Shown in pieces: positions 38,270 to 50,279 of a stretch of DNA of 64,000 nucleotides. The stretch covers positions 1,635,355 through 1,699,354 of the forward strand of contig RDEW01000004.1 of the NCBI GenBank assembly GCA_011109175.1, in the 5' to 3' direction. Position 1 is the first letter of the stretch; every line of letters begins with the position of its first letter. Source of the stretch: Dicyema japonicum. Lineage: Eukaryota; Animalia; Dicyemida. The position numbers were made by a program, and so were the translations under genes. The notes under the pieces are model-generated. The model was not told the DNA's origin. It saw only the letters and a list, made by a program, of their open reading frames with translations, and ran no database searches.

Positions 38270-38979
38270 TACTGTCGATAGCAGCATTTGCCATCTCCAC
38301 CTTATCCTCCAAAAATTGAGCCTCTTTGAGTCTCTTCAATAATCAAATAGACTAACCAGTGTTTGGAAGTGGTATGCCTTGTTGTAATCACCCCTTAAAA
38401 AAGTAGCATATCCCCATCAAATTAGAGGCTCGCCCCTTCTCAAGAACACCGAAAGGGCTGTTGTAGTACTTACTAAAACTCAGATATAGATATACGAGAA
38501 ATAGTCAATGGCACAATCAACGTGTTTCAATCTATTTTTCTTAGACTTGAATTTTTTGCCAGTTTGTAGTGAATATAACCCAGCATATAGAATGAACGAC
38601 CCTGCACTTAACTGAGGACTATACTTTGCACTCAAATTCTTTCGAGGCAATCTTTAGGTATTGTTCGGCAACCGAATACTCCTGCATTTTCATAAGGACT
38701 GTTCCAATGTTGAGACAGGCTTGTGCCTCTCCTTTACTATCCTTGTTTTTTCTATTATTAAAACATTTCCTGACTTTCTTTGGACGTGTTCTCTGTTAAA
38801 ATATACTAACGCCTCATCACAATTTCCCATCAAAAGTTTGACCTCCCCAACTGTCTGTAAACGTGGACTGCCAACTTTGGATCCACACTGTCCCTGATTA
38901 CGATCAATTTGTCAAACGCCTCTTCTAGTTTGTTATTCTGAATGAGAGTTTGTGCTTCCAAAATAGCATGCATTGTCAT
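38270..38979 (-). CDS. TPR-repeat gene, GPSM/LGN(Pins)-like N-terminal region, with four 23-nt introns (three homopolymer frameshifts as assembled)
   Basis: Introns 38752-38774, 38602-38624, 38473-38495 and 38334-38356 are all GT..AG, 23 nt, and frame-restoring. Spliced product includes ALVYFNREHVQRK^KNKDSKGEAQACLNIG, ECK^GRSFYMLGYIH, AIDYFS^KYY..KGRASNLMG, AYHFQTL^RLKEAQFLEDK, which follow LGN-type TPR spacing. The 3' end is unresolved. Confidence 0.85.
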
Positions 38980-39140
38980 TGAACAATTATTATGATATAA
39001 TTATATTTGGCTCTATTTATTTTAATATTTAATTTATTATAAATAATTTTATTTATAAAATGCAGGAAAAAAATCCAGAATTAAGATTTTGATATTTTGA
39101 TATTGGCCCATGTTGCCATGTGGCTACTTGATTGAATATT

Positions 39141-39200
39141 TCTCTATTAGTTATTGGTTAAGACGGTGTTTTTTAGCTTAAATAATAATAATAATAATTC
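39141..39200 (+). mobile_element. LINE 3' UTR stub with (ATA)n tail
   Basis: tattagttattggttaagacggtgttt..gcttaaataata nearly identical to the UTR at 53180-53218 (minus strand). Confidence 0.8.
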
Positions 39201-39479
39201 AATTTGTGAACAGTGACGATTTATCAGACTGGCGATTTATCAGACTGTGACAATATATTTAAGTAATTTAATTGGACCTTTTTTCATTTTTACAGTCTGC
39301 ATACGGATTTACTTGGTTGAGGTCGTGATGTGCCTTCCTTTCACAAATTTCTTGCCACTCTAAAAGTTGAGGACTCAAACCCATGTATAAAGAATACTTC
39401 AGCTCCAACAAGACCTGGAACGATATTAACTATCCATGTGTTGCCTACAGGATACTAAAATAGCAGACAACAGAAGATA

Positions 39480-39980
39480 GCGAGTTGGAAATTAGTTTCT
39501 GATACCTTCCAACAATTTGTCGTCACTATGGATTTGGATATGCAATTCAACTTACAATGTACGATTGTATCTTGGATGTCATTCGGCTCTTATAGAATTG
39601 CTATTCAACAAACTGAATTGGGAACAACCCCAATTCCATGTTGACAATCATCAACATATACTTGCCGACTGGAATTCGTGCCTCTGCAAACCCGGAAGAA
39701 CTCGATGTATTTAACTCTACTCTCACAAGAGTATTTAACTCACTCAGTTCATCATACTCATTTTTCAATGCCCTGAAATGGAGCGCTATTCAGGATAGGC
39801 TAGACCGAAAGAACATGTATTGGATTGCATGGAACGATCTATTCAATATTGAACTTTCCTAAAACTATTCTTATTAGCACAGCATTTCGCACCCAGTTAG
39901 ATACATGACAACATGGTTTGGAAACAGAAAAGATTCAAATGGAAATCGTATGCAAAATTTAACCAAATCTTAACAATCGA
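39480..39980 (+). mobile_element. RTE-like APE fragment
   Basis: LTIINIYLPT..NPEELDVF..LSSS; GFGYAI and TAF..TTW-like blocks. Confidence 0.75.
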
Positions 39981-41169
39981 CGAAGCTTCCACTCATCTAC
40001 TATGTTTTTTGGTTTGATAATCTACATCACTGAATACCTAACTACGGAACAGGAACAGAACCAGAACGACTGGTTAGTATAACTGTTTTTTACTGTAAAG
40101 TGTGTGTTGCAGAGCTATAAGTATTATGGTTCTCGCAAAGGTAATATTATTATAAGATATTCCTGCAAATAAAGGTTACGTCTTCACCTCAATCATCAAC
40201 CGAATACTGATAAACTTTTTTGCATCTTCAGAAGGGATTCTTGGGAATAAGCAAACGAAATTCACGATTAGAATTGCTATCCCATTGTCTGATGTCTCCT
40301 GTGTTTATTAAGAAAGAGGACAAAAAGTAATACGCCTTTAAGTACATGAAGATACTGAATCACTAGAATCGTATCTTAACCCACCAGAGCCACTAGTCAG
40401 CAACTCAACACTTTGACCGATTCGCTACTAATTTACTCTCAGTTTACAAACCTGTCATTTTACTAAAGCCCATTCTATTTACATGTTGGAGATAGTATTT
40501 TATTTTCTTAAATTTTTCAAATCTTTTAAATCCTAGAATTGGCATATGTGGTATTCACCCGAGAGAAAGTGAAGATCGTAATGCCATAGAGGCGCATTCC
40601 AGCTCTACGGTTTGGGCTTATCGGTATTCCAGCCACTTCAATGTTTAGTTGCTGTTCGAACTATACGCCAGGTTAACCGGTTTCCAGATCTCGGAGAAGA
40701 GGATTAAAAATTCAGGACCATTTGACTTGAGTGGGTTGGACAGAGAATTACTACCAAGGGGAAAACTTATGTTTTTGCCGATAACGACGACTTTTATCGA
40801 CGACCTATAACCAAAAGGATGCACTTTGCTAATAGTTACAAAAAGAATGAGCAGAAATATAAAAGAAATCGTCAGTTTTCCTTTAAAAGGAACGACAGAC
40901 GTTCACGGATAACAGAATTGTCACATGTTTAAAGAGACAGGGGACAATGTCGTTACTTGGAGACGAGCTCTAGAACGCTGGAACGAGCCAAGATTAAGTA
41001 GTTAGTTTGGTTATCCTTGTTCTTTGTAATAATTGTAATTTAATAGTAAAGTTGAATGCTATATCAACTCTAGTCAGGACAGACCAAAGTGGGAAGAACG
41101 GGTCACTCTCGTGTAATTGAAATTTTGTTATGTGCCTACATATAATCACGGAACGAGAATATGTCAAAA

Positions 41170-41255
41170 GCAATTTATATATCTCCACCTTTTCTGCAAT
41201 GGACTTGCGGGTGGTCTCTGCTTCTGTGGCCGTGGAAGCTGGATACATTTAGTTA
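41170..41255 (+). mobile_element. SINE-like family B, 3' stub
   Basis: atggacttgcgggtggtctctgcttctgtggccgtggaagctggatacatttagtt matches the 3' ends at 30600 and 59290. Confidence 0.65.
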
Positions 41256-41759
41256 ATCGTCAACTATTAACTTTTCTCTGTGTATCTGATAATAATAATT
41301 TATAAGAGATTGAGAAATCAATATATTAATCAACCGTTTTAATTCAAGTATTTTCATATTTAATTTTAATGAAATTATTCAAAGACAAAGGGTAAAACCA
41401 AACTTAATAATCCTAACATGCTTGAGTAGACACTTCATCCAGCAATGTTGATTCAGAAGACAATGGCCGAGCCAAGGACTCTTTTGAAATGAGAGTGACG
41501 AGGGATGGGCTCTCAGAAAAAAGAAGATGCATTATTTTCCATTAGATGGAGTTCATGTGGAGAAGGTGTATTTTATCATTGGAGCGATGATCTCGTAATA
41601 TGCTTTCCGATATAGGATGATAAAGGGAGAGTATTCTTCTTTACAAATCGCGTCCACTTCCTAAGACTTCGGGTATGATGTGTAGATTTCATGAAGTATA
41701 AAAATTGATATTCAGTGGGGATCTCAATTAACACTTGGAACCGTTTGAAGGAATTTCCA

Positions 41760-42050
41760 GAGACCTGAATTAAATATTACGAAGTCGTTTCAGCCTTGAG
41801 TAAGCTCAAGAATGGCAGAACCCCTGGACCGGACACGTGAGTGCAGAATTATTGAAATACGCGCCAGACAGGTAGATGAATCTGCACAGTCCATTTATGC
41901 GGGGAATGGCACTTTGATCCCAATTCAGAAACTGGAAAGGAAAGAGGCAATCTAAACAGTCTACGCCTGATTACACTAATGAATACGATAAGGAAAATAC
42001 TCTCCCTTGTTGTGCTGGATCGTTTTTCAGGCCCTATAAATGACGAAGGG
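41760..42050 (+). mobile_element. RTE-like RT N-terminal fragment
   Basis: ALSKLKNGRTPGPD..SAELLKYA; LIPIQK..LRLITLMNTIRKILSLVVLDR. Confidence 0.8.
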
Positions 42051-42879
42051 TGATATTACTAAATTATTACATATTTGATCTAAGAATTACTTTCTAATTT
42101 TGCTTTCTTCAATTCTCAAGAGGTCTCATCAGATCCACCTAACTCAGGAGACCTGGTGGGAATCCAAAAAGGATCTCTCTTTTCACCCACATCAGAATAT
42201 TATATTTTGATGATGTCAGAGTGTCGTCAATATTGGCATAATGTCCACAGAAGACTGATCTTTACTGTAATTGGTTGTGATGCATCTACAGACGGTTTTA
42301 AATCGGATGACCTGTAGATTTTTATTAGCTCAAATTTTTATTTTAACAACTTCTCAGTCATCCTTTAGAATGCATAAATGTTGACGTTCTAGTATATTTG
42401 GCCTAATATCCTCATCAGTAAGCTATTGATCTATTGATCAGAGATTAACTTAGGGTTGTTGATTTAACTCAATGACTGTTAGAGTGCCTGTTTAACAAAA
42501 CAACGTACATGGTAGAAACTCTCATGCTTTCAGATAAAATGTAGACGATTGTCTTCCACAACCTCAATGCAGAAGATTTCTTCTCAAATTCCTTTAATTT
42601 TGCTTCAGACAAAATTCAAGCAAAGACTTCTGAGTAGAATACAAAATCGATGACTAAATTACATCAACATAATGCAATAAGCCATTGTAATGATTACATA
42701 AAATTTAGTATAAAAGGAAATAAGAGATAAGGCTGTCCACGTATAAGCATAATAAACGTCGAGTCCAATAACTACATTATTTCAACTCTCCTCATATTTA
42801 ACGTAACTAAATTCATTAAATCCCTGAATATCTGCCGAGGAACTTGATCTCGATTCCTATATATTTAAAATTTGTCTCC

Positions 42880-43120
42880 AAATATATATCATGGTCGTCT
42901 TCAAAACGTGGCCATTAATTCTTGTGGAATCTTAAAAAAAGTTTAGAAAGAATAGACTCTCTGAATAAAGACCTCAAAATTGAAAAACTTATTCTTCATC
43001 GAAACGATGACCCGCGTTACAGCTTATGATATAAGATGCAGAAAGAGAGATCTTTTATAAATTTCCTTCATCACATTCCACTACCAAGACTTTGCTTTCT
43101 GTGACATGTGAAATCATATT
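42880..43120 (+). mobile_element. Possible mariner transposase relic
   Basis: LILHRND.. and YQDFAFCD resemble the HDNA and YSPDLAPCD motifs. Confidence 0.3.
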
Positions 43121-44609
43121 CTGATATGGGAATAGAGATATCGTAAATGAATATATTGAACTCACATCTTAACTTCATTTCAGATAAATAGTGTAAATCT
43201 CAATTTGGGCGCCGACATGCTTATCAGTCCATTTACCTCATCTGATGTTAAGATGAGATAGTCAACACAGATAGCTTCCTTTTCTTTGTAAAAATGAACT
43301 TTTTAGAGATTTGATGACATTTCATTCACGTAAATGAGTAAACTAGATCCTGGTCTCTGGTGTTGTTGTAATTATTATTAAAAGAATACGATGTGCGGAA
43401 TTAAATAGAATATAGTGATAACTAAATTATAGTAAATAAGCACTAAATTAAAATAACTCAAAGTTAATTTAAATAAGAAATTAACATCACATCGGAAAAA
43501 CGTGAATTATTAATGCGTCAATCGAATAAAAAATACATACAAATAAACGATTGAGGTGAGAATCCAAAGCATAATTAATGAATGGGTCCAGGTGTACTTA
43601 ATAGGTGTGATAATTAAATCCCATATAAAACAGCATAAAGATTTTTTTGATTTAAAACAAAAGAGCAGTAATTTAAAGTAATTATAGAGATCGAAATATT
43701 ACCTAACATAAACAACGAAAAAAGTTGTGCAAAAAACTCATTAAGAGTCAAAAATAGTCGAAATAAAATCACGAGGACTATTAAATAATATTAGTCAAAT
43801 TTCTGGAAGTTACAAAAAGACATAAAAATGATGAATTAGTTACGAAAACCAAAGAAACATAAATAATGATGAAATGGTTACGAAAACAAAAATAACAAAG
43901 CAATAAATAAAAAGTTTCAAGAACAAAAGTAAATAATGAAAAACATGTGGAAATGTGGCAAAAAAACATAGATATTGGAGATTATGTCATATAAAATGTA
44001 TGTATCAACAATGTATCAACATAAACTAATAGAACAATATGATGTAATTAAGAAGTTGATGAATTAGATGAAATCTTCAATTTCTAATTGCTAAGAAACG
44101 TCGATAATAGAAGTTGGAAATTCAATAGAAAATCCACAGAAATTATAGTGAAAAAACAATACTGACAGTTCTCAAGTGTAAATCAATGAATTCTTAAGAT
44201 TTCCTGTATGAATAACAAACTTAGAATATAAACGATGGGGCAGGTCAATAATCAGGTGATTCACAAAATATTGTTGATGGAACCAGATATAAAAAAATAT
44301 TAATTCAGCCTTATTGGGCCGAATTAATCTGAAGAAACATGGATATCAATTATGTAAAGAAATTTAAATTAATATTAGCCCGTTCCTTCATCGTCAAAGG
44401 TAACGTAAATTCTGATAAAAATTATCATACCCAAAGTCCAAAATATAACTGTGAGATGAATTCTTTTTGGAGATCTCCAGCAGACATCAATAATTTTTCA
44501 AAAGGATGCAATAACGAAGTAGTGATTCTGTGTGTAAAATTCAATATTGATTGAAGCTAATACAAAAAATCTTCAATAGAAAAATTTTAAATCACGAAAG
44601 AGGATAAAA

Positions 44610-45300
44610 GTTATCGTCTAATTATGTGATCACGGTGTCTATACCAGTCCTTTTCCTGCAGTTAGTTTCGGAGTCCTGGATTAATCTCCACAGCGGGGAA
44701 GGTTTCTTCTCATATCTCAGACAGGCGTCCATATATAGTCTGATGTGCAGTCCGAGAGGATGGTCAGGGGACTTTGCCATCTTGAGGAAGTTCCGATGAC
44801 TTTCCGTAAGGTATTCTATGATTGGGGGGACGTTTAGTGTTCCTCCGCAGTAACGATGTGGACGTTTTGTTCGACGATCTAAATAGAATCCTGAGACATC
44901 AATTTTGTAAAACCTCCACCTTGCTCTGTGCTGATATTAATAAGAGGGCAATCCATGCAACACAGGCGTATTTGATACTAGGTAGAACAAATTGTTTGTA
45001 TAGAAGCTCTAACTATGGGCGGGAAAATACTGTAGAATGAGTTAAAGCTTTGAGAATTCCAATTTTCTTTTGATCCTCGTGGTTATTAAATCCACTTAAT
45101 GGGTAAATGTGACTAGGGGATTCAAAATGACTCTAATGATTGAAAGGGTCTTCTTAATGGGAAGCGGGGAGTCATACAATGTTATTCATGGTGTTGCCCG
45201 TAATTCTTTTCGTGCTGAGAGTACTTAATTTATCTCACAAAATAACATTCGCTTTTTTTTTCTACCAGGACTTCCCTGGCGATTTTTAGATCTCATCTAG
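44610..45300 (-). mobile_element. 'GIT-stop' LINE 3' portion
   Basis: LLYKQFVLPSIKYACVAW; ends gtg atc aca taa (44622-44624); homologous to 3770-4235. Confidence 0.85.
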
Positions 45301-45444
45301 CCAAACAATACACTCTGTCCAACGCAATAGCACAAGAGACCGATCTAAGTTCATTAATTGAATGTTACTGAGATCAAGGGGAAGATCATTAAAAAACAAT
45401 TTAGCTGTTTATTTAATATTTAATTTATATTTATTAGACATTTG

Positions 45445-45650
45445 GCTTCGCGGCGCTATGTTTAGCTGCGTGGCTAATTAGTTGAGGATTTCTGTTTGTT
45501 TGTTTGTTCCTCCTTTCTCTTCCTATTAGAGTGGTGTTATGTGATCCACCTGTCTAGGTGGCGCCCAGTGTATAGCTGGCACGAATAAAGATCATTTGCT
45601 CTCCCCACTCCACTGGAGGGGTTTCCACAATTGCAAGAACAGTCAATCAC
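45445..45650 (+). mobile_element. SINE-like family B
   Basis: Long near-identity with 59023-59210 (tcttcctattagagtg..gtgatccacctgtctaggtg.cgcccagtg..atcatttgctctccc..gtttccacaa). Confidence 0.85.
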
Positions 45651-46654
45651 TTCATTTTTAATCTTTGACGAGAGAAGACAAAACAAACAGTCATTCTCAC
45701 GGCAAAAGATACTGGAATTTTCTTAAGTAAATCACGAAAAACCTTGGGAGTAACCTTCCTATTTTGGTGATCTAAAATATCTTGATAGCTGATCAATCCA
45801 CTGAAAATCTGTCATAGCTCTACGAAATATTAGAATTTGATGGTGTTATGCATGTTAATCTCCAAGGTACTTTATCGTAGAAAATTCTGAACGAATGGCA
45901 CTTTTATGACTGAAGGAGTTTTTCTGTGTTGGAAATCGAATGTAATAAAATTTTGTTTACATGACTTCAAGGTTATCCTACATATAAAATTATTCGCTTC
46001 ATAATAATCTTTAATATGCCATTAATTTCATATAGGACATTCCTATAAAAAGCGTTTAAATAAGTTTATGATCACCATATTGAGTGGTTATCGTCTAATA
46101 AGTCTAATCTGCATCATGGATAACATTATGTAATAAATAGTCTATAATAGACTGTTCCATATTATTGAAATGAATGGGGATTTCTTAATAACCAGCAATA
46201 TGGATTCCCGCATGGTGATTTGTTGATGACTGTTTCTTTCTTCTAAACTCTGAAATAACCAGAGTGAGAGATTTTAAAAGTCACCTGAATGTTTTTTGTT
46301 TGATATATCAAAAATCGATAATGCCGAGAACCACTACTATGCCGTCTATATGAAATAAAACTCCATGAAAAATAAGGCGGATGAAGGACTTCCTGTCTGG
46401 GAACTCATTTATTAAATATGGCAGATTTTTTTCCAAAAAATGAAAGTCGAGAAAATTGATCATTGATTTTTTAAACGTGCTTTATTGATTATCTTCTTTA
46501 CTTAAGATTCCCTTATATCTTATTAGTTTAATCTTTCGTAGCTTAAAGACTGGTGACGCACCCTGGTTTACTGAATGCGTTTATCCCGTCATGATGGAAA
46601 TATCCTTTTCCTCTTTTTTCATGTGTTAATGTGAATAAAAGAGCCAATACAAAA

Positions 46655-46925
46655 AGTAGTTAAGGTCTACGGAAACGAGTAGAGCACGTTATGGGTTCGA
46701 GTTTTCTCCGGAAACTTGGAAATTGTCTGTTTTGATGTAAGTCAGAACTAAATGGCTTCATCTCATAGCCCTCATCCCTCTTCTTCATATGCACATATGA
46801 ATGAATGACTTAAGGGACAATTAAGACAATAAGTCTCTAAGAACTAAAAAGCTCTAAACTAAAGTTATGGGTTCGAGTCGCTTCCGGAGACTTGGGAATT
46901 GTCTGCCTTGACACATTAAGATTAT
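46655..46925 (+). mobile_element. tRNA-like SINE heads, two related direct copies
   Basis: ttatgggttcgagt..tccgga.acttgg.aattgtctg at ~46690 and ~46865, with B-box GGTTCGAGT; similar gggttcgat at ~47428. Confidence 0.55.
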
Positions 46926-48179
46926 TTGACCGTGGTAAATATTTTCAATAGTATTTTCACACTTGAATTATATTAAATAGAAATGTGACGGAGACTATTG
47001 AAATAACAGATTCACCGCTATTCTCTAAAAATGAGTGGAATGGAGAATGATGAAAATATTGATCTTATATTTGAATTGATAAAGCAGAATTTGGATGATC
47101 TTAAAGAAATGATAAACAAGACGTTCTACCAGTATCGGATTGTATTGACACTCATATATTATCCTCATATCCAGGGTAACAATATTTTGAGTATAAATTT
47201 AACTAATACCGTAGTACATCAACTGAAGTACAAGAATGCATACTAAGAAAAACAAATAGTATTTATTCAGCATATTTTAGTTTGATATAGCTGATGTAGT
47301 GGACATGTTTCGGTTCATTTAGTTGGAATAATTATCACTAATAAATTAAAATTTGGACATTTTTGGATAATACTCATAATTTTGACTTTTTTGACTATAT
47401 ATTTTTTACACACCAGTACTTAGGTTACGGGTTCGATTTTCGCTGCTGTTCACCTAGTGAAAGTTCCACGCATTTACGATGCAGAAAGGGTTTGACGAGT
47501 GACGCCGTCATCAGTATATACTCACTGCGGAACTGGATTGTCTAGAAAGGACCACGCAACAAGAAAAAAAAAAAAAGAAATGGAAGATCATTCCTTGGTT
47601 CTACGATTAGTTAAAAATTAACTGTTCTTTATTCAAATAAAGTGTGTGTCCTGCCTATGCTATGTCTCTCGTGAAAAGGCTTTATTATTATTAACACCAG
47701 TACTGTCTTACTACGCTTTACTTGGGCACACACTATTAAAATCGACTAAGCAATCTTAACTCTGAATCCACTAGTATTGTTTTACTACGTTTTACTTGGG
47801 CACCCGCTATTTAAAATAATTTATCAAGTTTAGGAAAACTTTGATCTTTTTTCGTCCTAATAATAATGCCGCAGCTTTGATCTTCGTTCATCCTCTATTT
47901 CATTTGGTAATAAATTCTGGTTTTTGATACCCCTAAGTCTGTCACATTGTTTATGTCACTAAAAGAAGGAAACAAAAACTTTATCTATCACAAAACTAGG
48001 CAGACATACGTATGCATTAGAGATACATCATTTCCTCAACCATTTGACTACTACTTAGAGATTTTTGGATCTTCAATGACATTGTGAGGTTTCTATGGAT
48101 CTCTTCAAGAACACTTTGAAATTCCTAACCAAATATTCAACGATTAAAAAATATCCAGCAAATAAACAAAATATTAATG

Positions 48180-48570
48180 AATATATTATGGTCAGATGAA
48201 ACCAAAGTTGAACTTTTTGATATATTTGGAGGAAAAAAGTCAAGAATATGACAAAAATGTATCATACCTACAGTTAAGCACGTAGGAGGCAGCATAATGT
48301 TATCGGCGTGTTTTTCATCTCAAAGAGTGGGTGAACTATTTTTTATAGATGGAATATTGGATACCAAAAAGTACGTCGAAATTTTGAAAAGTTGTTTAAT
48401 TTCATCCACTAATATAGTAAAGTTAAGAAACAATTGGACGTTTTAACATGATAACGAGCCGAAACATAAAACTAAAATTACAACTAAATGTTTTTGAATG
48501 GCCTCCCGACTTAAACCCAGTTGAAAATTTATGGAAAACGTTGAAAATAAAGATAAGGAATCCGAAGACA
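48180..48570 (+). mobile_element. Tc1 (DD34E) transposase catalytic-domain relic
   Basis: LWSDETKVELF, PTVKHVGGSIMLSACFSS, WTF*HDNEPKHK, FEWP-PDLNPVENLW. Confidence 0.92.
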
Positions 48571-49192
48571 GTTTCGAAATCATATCTTTCCTGGTTTAAG
48601 ATCCGTTCTTATACTTCTGTTGACTCTGATACACACTCTTAATATTATGTTTGCAGTCTTGCTAACGAGTCAAAGAGTTCATTCATATACCTCCTTCTTG
48701 ATCCCATGGAATGCCCACCACATTGTGTTTGGATGAAACATCTCCTTAGATTTTGAATGTTGATCTGATAGCCATCTTCCGCAGTTAGATCAGATTTTGA
48801 ATTCATTTTTGCAGACAAAATTCTGTGGTCGAAAGTCAGGAGCCTTCCCAGATTGTTTTATGACGTCCGGAATGTTGGAATTGTGTGTTGCACATGAACA
48901 AGTCAAAGCATCAAGAAATATGCTAGATCAGTGCCAGAAAAATGAAATTATATTATAAAATTTGATATTTTATTTAATGTGATTTAATATAAATTTATTT
49001 ACGTGTTATTTGAGTCAGTTACTATATTTTAAACTGAATTAAGATTAAGATTTTACTAAAACTTATTGCGATGAGGAAAAAGGATAGAAAGTAGCCTTAA
49101 GATCGTCAATTCTGAGAGCGTCAATTCTGTATTTCCTTAAAGATCGTCAATTCTGAGAGTATCCTGAGAGAATCTGAGCCCAGTAACTGCTT

Positions 49193-49615
49193 ATTATTAT
49201 TATTGCACTTTCACGAGAGTCATAATATTTACAGCCCCGCATTTTCAGCAAAAAATATAAGAGAATTAGTTAGCTTGCTCCAAGCTCTTCTGCTCTTAGC
49301 TAGGTCCCTCAGTGTGTCCAGATCGTCACCAGATGCCAATGTTTTCTTCACGGCTTTCAGATCGTTTTGTAGAACGACCGGGAGGGTAGTTCTCGGTCTT
49401 CCACGAAAGCGTTTTATTAAAGGAGTAGTAATCTTCCATTGCGATATTCGGAGGGGATATCGGGTCAACCTCAGGACGTGTCCAAAAAGTCTCCAACGAG
49501 AGCTAATGATCTCGTGGCTTAATGGTATACAGTCACACTTATTTTACAGTCCATTCCGCTTGATCTTGGATGGCCTGGACATTCCAGTTATGTTACTTAA
49601 ATGATTCCTGTGAAA
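49193..49615 (-). mobile_element. 5'-truncated RTE-like LINE with target-site duplication
   Basis: Open C-terminus ..KRFRGRPRTTLPVVLQNDL..LAKSRRAWSKL, UTR, (AAT)n tail; flanked by ccagtaactgctt at 49180-49192 and 49620-49632. Confidence 0.92.
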
Positions 49616-49754
49616 TGAGCCAGTAACTGCTTGTGTTTATTAATAAATTGCTTTTTTTCTTTACCAAATAAAATATTCGTACTTTTAAAAAATTGCTGTA
49701 AACAAGAAAAAATTAAACGAATGAAATAACTAGTAAAACTAATTGTGGAATTTC

Positions 49755-50250
49755 CTCAAAATTCGCTTTCTACCTTGTTCATATCTACTTCTTCATCGTC
49801 GGTGGCCTCACGTATTGCTGGTATTCAGCGACAAATCGTTAATGTTAGACTACGCTTCAGTAAATTTTATTTCATATATTCCATCGTTAAGGTAAGCTTT
49901 TCTTCTGAACATCGCAATAAATCGTTCTGATACAGACTTGAAAAGTTCTTGGATGGCAGTAGGGTTTCCAACGAAAGTCCCAGACATTTTCAATCCACGA
50001 AGGGGAACATCACAAACAACAGTCTTGACGTTTTTGGGCGATCCTTTCGACGAAACAATAGCTGTTCTTTGTTTTAATTTTGAGCATCTGCTCATCCATC
50101 TCTTTCATAGATATTCTGCCCAGAAAATAGCTTCCATGGTGAGGATCACAGGCGGCCATCACGTTCTTAGCATCAAACATTTGCTGAGTCAGTTCAGGAT
50201 TAGTCAGTGATCTGTATTTTCGAGAGCCACGTGCGAATCCAGGACTAAAG
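49755..50250 (-). pseudogene. TUBB: Beta-tubulin pseudogene, C-terminal third
   Basis: [87 protein letters not shown], acidic tail; deletions, frameshifts and a stop. Confidence 0.97.
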
Positions 50251-50279
50251 AATAAGACCAAACCCAGAAGATGTGTCGA

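Noticed and set aside
38240-38271. Fifth TPR-gene intron of 31 nt
   Set aside because: GT-AG is present, but the spliced frame stops within nine codons and does not continue the TPR pattern.
35601-49852. Reassigned stop codons explaining in-frame stops
   Set aside because: TAA replaces Arg, Glu and Gln at different conserved sites and TAG replaces Glu, which fits mutation rather than a variant code.
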